Source: Octopus vulgaris (taxonomy: Eukaryota). From it: a DNA stretch of 64,000 bases. The position numbers were made by a program, and so were the translations under genes. Positions within the stretch are counted from its first letter, which is position 1. The number at the start of each line of letters is the position of its first letter. This document shows positions 55,018 to 64,000 of the stretch, one piece after another. Under the pieces are notes generated by a model. It was not told where the DNA came from. It was given only the letters and a program-made list of their open reading frames with translations, and ran no database searches. The DNA lies in assembly GCA_951406725.2 (NCBI GenBank), contig OX597816.1:35960001-36024000 (forward strand). Reading direction: 5' to 3'.

Positions 55018-55940
55018 CTACCTTAAGGTGACCCGCTCTACGCGCAGGTGAAGGTGTGGTTGTTACTTTCTGTTACTTTCTTTCTGTTTCTTATCGCTAC
55101 ATTCTCCCTCTTTCTTTCTCTCTCCTTTCTCTCTCACTTCCCCACTCTCTTACTGTTTATTTCTCTCGGACTCTCTTTCGCTTTCTCTTACTCTCTATAT
55201 TTCTCTATCTATCTCTCTCTCTCTCTCTCCCATTTATAAAAGCCAAAAGATCTTGAGTAAGTTGAGAAAGAACATATTTTGAAAGATCAATCTTAAATAA
55301 CAGGTAGTGGCAATGGAAAGCACACTTGCTTTTTGTACATCCCACTATTTGAGCGACTAAAAATAAGGGGAAAATGGATTTCTTTGTTAAATTTAGTACA
55401 TATTTTGGGAACTTTCCGACGATTGGCCATGCAAATGAAAGCTCTACACACGGACCACATGCAGCTGTAAATTTCTTTCAGAAAAAATGAAAACTGTAAA
55501 CAATAAAAAATAAAATGCAAAAATACGTAAAAATGAGAATTATTTTTCAACTTTATAAATCTTGCTTTAATTTTTAAAAAATTGGAACCCATTTTCCACG
55601 CTTAAATTACAAACCCGCTTCCACTTTACCATGTTGAAAATTTAATTGAAATCGGACAAATGGTGTCTAGCCTCTAGCGCCTGCAGCAACAGGAAAAGTC
55701 ACCATTATTCAACCAGCGCAAACTGTTTATCCCATAAAACTCACATTTTCCCATTTCCATCACCATGGCTACCAAACGGTAGCCCCGAGCGTCTTGCAAC
55801 CCTCCTCACACCATTACCCATCCCATTTTACCCCCTGTGTAAATGTTGGCGCCAATCCGACCCTATCTACCGCTCCCATCCCAAAATGAGACAAATAACC
55901 AAGAAATCAAAAATATTTTCGCATTTCAGCTTTATAGATT
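55018..55940 (-). mobile_element. Probable Helitron-like element
   Basis: Degenerate GC hairpin acccgc.ctacgcgcaggt near the left end; right end tctataaagctgaaatgcg on minus; 55838-55935 repeated at 56484-56580. Confidence 0.45.
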
Positions 55941-55964
55941 TTGATGATTATATATTTACACACA

Positions 55965-56050
<86 letters not shown>

Positions 56051-56483
56051 ACACATTATATATATATATTTATATACACACATATATATATATATATATA
56101 AATTAACACAATATATCTGATTAATAATATCTGTTGTTATTGTGCGGTGGTGGTGGGCGATAATAACTCACTGTTCTAAAAGACCTGTGGCGGGAATATT
56201 TAAACTTTTGCGGCTCTCAATGCTTTCTTTCTGGAGATACAGAAAGACGTACAGTGAGAATGATGGTGGGAGAAAGAGTAACAAATTGACGGCGAAGGTG
56301 GAGATGAAATGAGAGTGGGAGGTGTCAAACGTCGTTATAGAGAGAACGTGGAGGGAAGGAAGACAAGAGAGAGATCGAGGAAGACAGAGTGATATCCGAA
56401 AGCGAGAAACGACAAACACTTGTCAAAGTCTGGGTTTTGTTGCCCTAGTAACCAAAGCTTCCGCGCCTCTTTTTACATGTTCC

Positions 56484-56585
56484 TGTAAATTTTGGCGCCA
56501 ATCCGACCCCATCTACCGTCCCTTAAACCGTTCCCATCCCAAAATGAGACAAACAACTTTTTCGCATTTCAACTTTATATATATA
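56484..56585 (-). repeat. Second copy of the putative Helitron 5' end
   Basis: ttggcgccaatccgacc..atctaccg...cccatcccaaaatgagacaaa...ttttcgcatttca.ctttata shared with 55838-55935. Confidence 0.7.
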
Positions 56586-58683
56586 TATAATACTATGTAT
56601 GTGTGTGCGTCCGTCTGTCTTTGTGTGTTTATGTAGGTGTTTTCATAACCGATCTTGAGTGTAAATATTTTGTATGTCATATCGAATAATATATCTGAAC
56701 AAGAAAAGTGTAAAGCTATCCAAAGAACACGAACAATAAATCTCTCATATTCCAAATGTTGTTATGCCTTTTCACGAAAGCTATTCTTTGACTTCAACCT
56801 CCCTAATTAGAATACATTAGCTCCCTACATTGGAAAAGCTGATTAGCGCTGAAATTAAAAGTTAAAATATTGGTAGCTTTGGAAACACTGCGTCGCCGCC
56901 AATAATGTTTAGAAAGCAATATTTTACGACTAATTGTTACTATTCCAATGATATTATATTTCTGCCTAGAAAATGCTCAATGTGTTTTTATAATTATTTA
57001 TTAGTTAATTAGAATGAAATTAAATCAATCGTTAACTTTCGAATAAAAGTGAATAAAAGTGCGTTGACAGTTGATTCACATATTTCATTATTTTCATGTA
57101 ACTGACTTCGAAGGAGCGCGTAATCGTATAGGATTTTCCTAAGCAATAAAATTTAACAAATAAACAATAGATCAATCGTAATTTATTTAAAAGTATGTTT
57201 AGCTAAACACAAAAGGAAAAAAAATCATTACTCGCTATGAAATTTAATTACTTGAATCATTGTGTGTAATAAGAGGTGTAGATTTGAATTAACGCACTTT
57301 AGTACTTGGTTTTAATAATTAAACAACACGTTTAACACTTTCGATGAAAAGGTATGTTGTGACTAAAAATGCAGATAAATATTAATTAGTGCCTGCAGAA
57401 ATATTCTGATTCTGAATTAAATTTCTTATTTGCTTTTTGATTAGGTACAAACATAGAAAGAAATATTTAAAATTAGTGATAATTTAAGTTTGATTTAAGG
57501 TAAATGAGTTTAATTTAAATCCTGCAAAGCTTTAGAATTATAATGCTGTAAATAATTGTATTTTGGGTTCAATGGAATTTTGCCGCTAGCCAAACGATTT
57601 CATTCATTTTACTTCTTTTCAGTTTATGGCGAACATATAGCTCTCTTTTCAAATTCAATGTGCACATTAGATATAAATGGATATTGTAATAAATGTGAAT
57701 GCGCTCGATTACATTGACAAATACTACTTTATTTGAAATTGTCATTCGTTAGATGACTTGCTGAAGGCGATGAGAAATTAGAAAGAAATCATACAAACGC
57801 CGTTATTTTATTCAAGTGTAATTTTATGCATTGTTATTCGGTCGATATGACAAGAAGTTAAAGCCAAAGAAGAAAAGAAAATATCGAATATGTTTTGAAT
57901 GTTATGAAAAACTAAACGTGCATCAATATCGCACGTGCAAAACATACATTTATAGATGGTTACTTCAAAATTGTAACACATGTCATTGTCGTCTCAATAA
58001 AGAGACATATTTCTCTGCATTTCGAAAATCCAATTACAAAACTATCAAATCTCCAGTGCATAACATTTGTAGCTTTCATATATCTCACTCCATGCTGACA
58101 CAAATTAATAGCATGTTTTCGTTTATACAAAGTTTGATATTTATCCTAAGCTTAAGTTTAAATAACTATGCTGCCGAGAAAATAAAATGTGATGTCTTTA
58201 AATGTCATGTCCACTATATGTCGACGTTGCATCAGTAAATTAGAAAGAGGTAAATGAGTGTAAGTAAAGGAAACAAGAACATGTCTGGAATGTAATGTAG
58301 ATTTAATGTTGAAAGAACAGAATTATGTACGTTATCTATATGATAAATAGCACTGCTCTTTCATCAACAAATTTAAGAAAGAATCCCACTTGGAGAAAAA
58401 AACCTTTAGCAGCTTCTATTTATATGTTAATAGGATATAGAAACATAACTAATGAGTGTACACAATGAGCGGCTCTTTTATCATAAATGGGAATTTCTTA
58501 ATACTGCATAATATATTTCTGTGAATGTTGTTTTTCATTTTTAAATCAGCGTCTGATATTATTCTTCCTTAAAATGAGATATCATTTATGTCCGAATGTA
58601 ATCCTATTTTTTCTCACTGCCAATATCTTTGCATTCGTTTGAGAATTAAAAAATATGCAATTTCTAAGAAAAACTCTGTTTAT

Positions 58684-58928
58684 ATGTAAGGTATACTAGC
58701 CATCTCAATATGGCTAACCAATAAGGGTGGGTGTTACTTTAGCTTGTAGCCCCAGGAGAACATCGTCTCCAGCTGGCTTTAGGCACACTTTCTGTGCCCT
58801 TATGGTATTTGCAGGCACAGAAAGTGTGCCTAAAGCCAGCTGGAAACGATGTTCTCCTGGGGCTACAAGCTAAAGTAACACCCACCCTTAGTGGTTAGCC
58901 ATATTGAGATGGCTAATATACCTTACAT
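58684..58928. repeat. 245-bp palindrome (115-bp arms, 15-nt spacer, 3 mismatches)
   Basis: Arms 58684-58798 and 58814-58928 read directly as reverse complements. Confidence 0.95.
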
Positions 58929-59284
58929 TGTCGTGCAGTTACTGTTTACATCTCGTTCAGAGATTTATTATTACTCTGTTTATAATTTTACAATTACTGG
59001 CATTGGTTTTACAAATGATTTAGTTGCAGTACAAGAATCCGTGTATGCGACGTCTAACATATTTTGACGATAACATATATCCTCCGATGTATATGAATAT
59101 TAATATTATGTCAAGCGATCTGATCAACAGTTGTAATGTATTAATGTTAAATGTGAATACAAGTAGGTTCAGTATTTTCAATGTAAATAGAAAGAAGCAT
59201 GTGGGCGGCTACGTATACCTGCCGCTCAGCTAATAAACTAAAATTGTATATATGTATATATTTGTATCTCTCTCTATATTTTGT

Positions 59285-59489
59285 TTGCTTGTTTCAGTCA
59301 TTTGACTGCGGCCATGCTGGAGCACCGCCTTTAGTCGAGCAAATCGACCCCGGGACTTATTCTTTGAAAGCCCAGTACTTATTCTACCGATCTCTTTTGC
59401 CGAACCGCTAAGTGACGGGGACGTAAACACACCAGTATCGGTTGTCAAGCAATGCTAGGGGGACAAACACAGGCACACAACACACACAC

Positions 59490-59558
<69 letters not shown>

Positions 59559-59715
59559 TACGACACCCTTCTTTCAGTTTCCGTCTACCAAATCCACTCA
59601 CAAGGCATTGGTCGGCCCCGGGGCATTGGTTGCCCCAGATGCCACGCAGTGGGACTGAACCCGGAACCATGTGGTTGGTTAGCAAGCTACTTACCACACA
59701 GTCACTACTGTGCCT
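59285..59715 (-). mobile_element. SINE family A, full length with internal (CA)n(TA)n
   Basis: Minus-strand head gtgtggtaagtagcttgctaaccaaccacatggttccgggttcagtccc (B box) and full tail. Confidence 0.92.
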
Positions 59716-60564
59716 GTATATGTATATAAATTGTATAAAGTTGTATATATGTATGAAACATCTTGCATTGCATCATTGAAGTTACTGTATGATGAATATA
59801 ATATCCAACTGCTAACAAAGAAGCCAAATAGTGACTATGCTCATATAAATATTACCTTTGAGGATATAGAATTATCATCACATGAGAGGTAAGATAACGA
59901 CCGAGGAGACAAACACTTATAAATGTAGTTGCAGCAGTGATACGCAAATGATATCTCGAGTCATTAATATTGTCACTTGATATGCGAAGATCTTCGGAGC
60001 TTTAACCTTAGTTGGTTAAACAGTATTTAGTTAGACACATTTACGATCTAATATAAAATATTAGACATGGTAATACAGTGTTGACTGTTGTATTGCAACC
60101 CATACATGCATACATATGTGAGGCTGTGAGACCATACGTATGTATGAATCATGTCAGAGAGATATTTTTGCTCCTCTCATTACGCTGTCTATCAATCTTC
60201 TACTGCCTTTAACAAAACAGTTATTCTCGCTGTAATCACCACCCTTTATCACTCATAATCTCTCTCCAGCTCATCCCCCTCGAAAATCTCTTCCTGTGTT
60301 TCCTATCGTTCTCCTTCCACTTTCACCCACTGAATTGCAAACAACTGCTTTTCTGATATTTCCTGACACTCTCCATTGTGACATCTTTGACATTATCTCA
60401 GGATGAAGAAAAAAGAAAATGAAACCTGTTACGCTCCTTCAAGTAGGAACGTATACAAAACATTAGATTATCTCTCCTACCGACATAGGAACTGATGGAG
60501 ATTTACAATATCAATAAATATAATGTTAACCAATGGCGGATCACTGCTTGTTTTCCTATGACCT

Positions 60565-60900
<336 letters not shown>

Positions 60901-60947
60901 TACGTACGTACGTAGTACATAATACATGCATATTACCTTTTCCTTTT

Positions 60948-61135
60948 CCTCGTTTCAGTCATTATACTGTGGCCATGAAACGACGCCTTGAAGAATTTTT
61001 AGTCGGATGAATCTGCACGGGGACATATTTTCTTTAACTTAATTATCATTCTACTGGTCTCTTTTGCCAAACAACTAGGATACGGAGGGGTGTATACATC
61101 AACACCGGTTGACAAGCGGTTGGGGTGAGGGATTG
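60948..61135 (-). mobile_element. SINE family A, old 3' fragment
   Basis: gtttcagtcatt...ctgtggccatg...ggtctcttttgcc...acaccggttgacaagc. Confidence 0.65.
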
Positions 61136-61155
61136 ACGTTAAGCTGGTGACACCT

Positions 61156-61212
<57 letters not shown>

Positions 61213-61215
<3 letters not shown>

Positions 61216-61618
61216 TCTTTTACTCTTTTACTTGTTTCAGTCATTTGACTGCGGCCATGCTGGAGCACCGCCTTTAATCGAGCAACTCGACCCTGGGACT
61301 TATTCTTTTTGTACGCCCAGTATTTATTCTATCGGTCTCTTTTGCCTAACCGCTAAGTAACAGGGACATAAACACACCAGCATTAGTTGTCAAGCAATGC
61401 TAGGGGGACAAACACACTCACACAAACACACACACGCATATACATATACATATATACGACGGGTTTCTTTCAGTTTCCGTCTACCAAATCCACTCACAAG
61501 GCTTTGATCGGCCCGAGGCTATAGTAGAAGACACCTACCCGAGGTGCCACGCAGTGGGACTGAACCCGGAACCATGTGGTTGGTAAACAAGCTACTTACC
61601 ACACAGCCACTTCTGCGT

Positions 61619-61620
<2 letters not shown>
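61213..61620 (-). mobile_element. SINE family A, full length
   Basis: Near-consensus copy; tail (ctcttttta)n on the plus strand. Confidence 0.92.
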
Positions 61621-61701
<81 letters not shown>

Positions 61702-61785
61702 GTGTGTGTGTGTATTCTACAATTTCTTCTTTCAATTTCTTTCTACCAAATCCACTCACACAAAGTCTTTGGTTGGATCGAGGCA

Positions 61786-62024
61786 GTTAGGTCAGCGGAC
61801 TCGCGGTTGTAGGATCGCGCTTTCGATTCCCAGAGTGTTTATTGAACGAAAACACCTAAAGCTCCACGATGCTCCGACAGGGGGTGGTGGCGAACCTTGT
61901 TGTACTCTTTCGTCACAACTTTCTCTCACTCGTTCTTCTGTTGGCCCACTCACTTAGCCAGCCGGGTGGCGTCATTAAAACGCTAAAACAATGCGAAGCG
62001 CATCTGATAGCCTGGTCGGTCACG

Positions 62025-62026
<2 letters not shown>
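61786..62026 (+). mobile_element. SINE family B with alternative tail (as 54348-54656)
   Basis: gttaggtcagcggactcgcggttgtaggatcgcg head; ctaaaacaatgcgaagcgca...ctgatagcctggtcggtcacgat tail. Confidence 0.85.
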
Positions 62027-62096
<70 letters not shown>

Positions 62097-62516
62097 TAAG
62101 TTAAAACTCGCCCTAGCGAGCGGCTTTTAACATACTATGTAGCTTTTAAGCAACTAACCCCAAACAAGAAGATCTGCAAACGGATCTCTGACTTTATTTG
62201 GAGAATTTGTTGCAATTGCTTCCTCCACAATCATATTCCAATGATGATCCTATTCGTCAATAATAGTCATGTAAAAAAAAATCCCCGAAAAGAATCGCAG
62301 TAATAAAAACATAGGAATCGAAAATTTCAGGATTGCAGGTCTGGATTTGGCCCGGAATATTTTTAATTTACTCACGGAGTCAGCCTGATTCCAAAATGGT
62401 ATGGTACTTTGGGCTACCGCCTCTAGGAGTAAAGTTTAAAAATTATGACATACTGACATTCACATTTATTATATTTGATATGTTTAATTTTGTGAAACTG
62501 TATTTCAATTAAAGTG

Positions 62517-62566
<50 letters not shown>

Positions 62567-63061
62567 GTGTGTGTGTCTGCGTGAGCGCACACACACGCAT
62601 ATTTAATTAACAAAGCAGAAAATATAGCATCAATGATAGTTTTCAGTAGTTTGCTGACCACAGGAATTTATGTCCAGCAAAGTTGTACATCATCACCCTC
62701 TTTCTCTCACATACTCACTCCCTCACTCTCTCTCTCTTATCATTGCTCTCATTGCCACCATCAACACTACTACTTTTAATAAAGTATCATCAACTTTCCC
62801 TACATTTTTTTGTCCCTCCTTCTCTCCCTTTCTTTTTTGCATTTATTATATTAGATGTATATATATATATACATACATACATACATACATACATACATAC
62901 ATACATACATACATACATGCAAACATACATATATATAATATAAACAGGAAAGTTCTGCATTCGAATGTCCAGTGGCATTTATATACATGAAAGTCTCACA
63001 CCAGGAACTTATATATGTGTGTGTGTGTGTGTGAGTGTGTGTGTGTGTGTGTGTCTATTTA

Positions 63062-63430
63062 GGTGTAGGCGTGGCTGTGTGGTATGTAGCAAGACGGCGA
63101 GCTGGCAGACACGTTAGCGCGCCGGGCGAAATGCTTAGCGGTATTTCGCCTGTCGTTGCGTTCTGAGTTCAAATTCCGCCGAGGTCAACTTTGTCTTTCA
63201 TCCTTTCGGGGTCGATAAATTAAGTACCAGTTACGCACTGGGGTCGATGTAATCGACTTAATACCTATGTCTGTCCTTGTTTGTCCCCTCTGTGTTTAGC
63301 CCCTTGTGGGTAATAAAGAAATAGGCATGTAGCTTGGTTCTCAAGCACATTGTTCCGGGTTCAGTACCACTGCGTGGGTGTCTGTTGATCCAACTGCCTG
63401 GTACCTTCTACTGTATGTGGATTTGGTGTG
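63062..63430 (+). mobile_element. SINE family A head interrupted by a family C SINE
   Basis: ggtgtaggcgtggctgtgtggtatgtagc (63062-63090) resumes as atgtagcttggttctcaagcacattgttccgggttcagtaccactgcgtgg after 63326. Confidence 0.8.
63091..63323 (+). mobile_element. SINE family C monomer, nested insertion with ~10-bp TSD
   Basis: cggcgagctggcag...gagttcaaattcc (B box)...tttcatcctttcggggtcgataaattaagtaccag; flanks GGTATGTAGC / GGCATGTAGC. Confidence 0.92.
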
Positions 63431-64000
63431 TGTGTGTGTGTGTGTGTGTGTATTCATGTATGCACACACACTCACTCTGACGGAATTTTGATCGCTAGAA
63501 TCAAGATGTTCAAAATGTTGATCGCTAGAGTTAAAAATCTTACATCTATTCACCTAATGAAAATATCTCTTTTTGCATGATGTAAAACTTCTATTCATCA
63601 ATAAAAAATAATCGTCTAAAGCAGTTGAAATGAACCACAATTCATCTGTTGTTATTTGCTTATAATTCACCTTATTCGGAACATGCAACACTTGCATCTG
63701 ACATCTAGTGAATGCTGTACAATAGATGCAGTGTTTGTAACCATGAGCAACGTTGAGGACTCATTTTATATTCAATCAGCTATTTGTCATTGTACATATA
63801 ACCGGAGAATAAAAACGTGTTTGATTTAGTAAGCCCGTATTTGCATTTAAATATTGTTTATACGCGATAGTGATATCAACGACCCGATCTTGGGATTTTG
63901 CTATTTAGGGAGCTGATTCGCTTGAAAACTGAAATTTATATATCTGTACATATTGGTATATATAGACATATACATTCATATATATGTTTAAATATATATA

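Noticed and set aside
58826-58882. Twister-ribozyme-like pieces (TAA..GC, GCTACAAGC, AGTA) in the palindrome arm
   Set aside because: Required P2 and P4 helices cannot be formed
60398-60432. ATGAAGA...GAAACCTGTTA hammerhead-like text
   Set aside because: No pairable stem II and an altered core

Overview
AT-rich, microsatellite-saturated eukaryotic DNA that looks intronic or intergenic. The tRNA-derived SINE families resemble those I know from Octopus, so a cephalopod origin is inferred but not verified. I cannot confidently identify any host protein-coding gene; almost all listed ORFs are translations of (TA)n, (TG)n, (TAGA)n, (TATG)n or (TAA)n repeats. The recognisable content is transposable elements. 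These are two 5'-truncated CR1/L2-type LINEs (one with an uninterrupted RT C-terminal ORF), Penelope-like element (PLE) RT and GIY-YIG remnants, a Tx1/L1 3' end, an RTE fragment, a full-length but decayed mariner plus derivatives, non-autonomous Helitrons, a TIR element carrying (TTAGGG)n, and about 20 SINE pieces from three families. The most interesting layer has three parts: (i) at least five short PLE pseudo-LTR families each carry a minimal hammerhead ribozyme, several with non-canonical cores (CCGACGA, CTGTAGA); (ii) there is an unusual density of long fold-back palindromes and local inverted duplications, including a tail-to-tail LINE 3'-end palindrome centred on (TA)n; (iii) unrelated retroelements repeatedly sit in (TA)n tracts.
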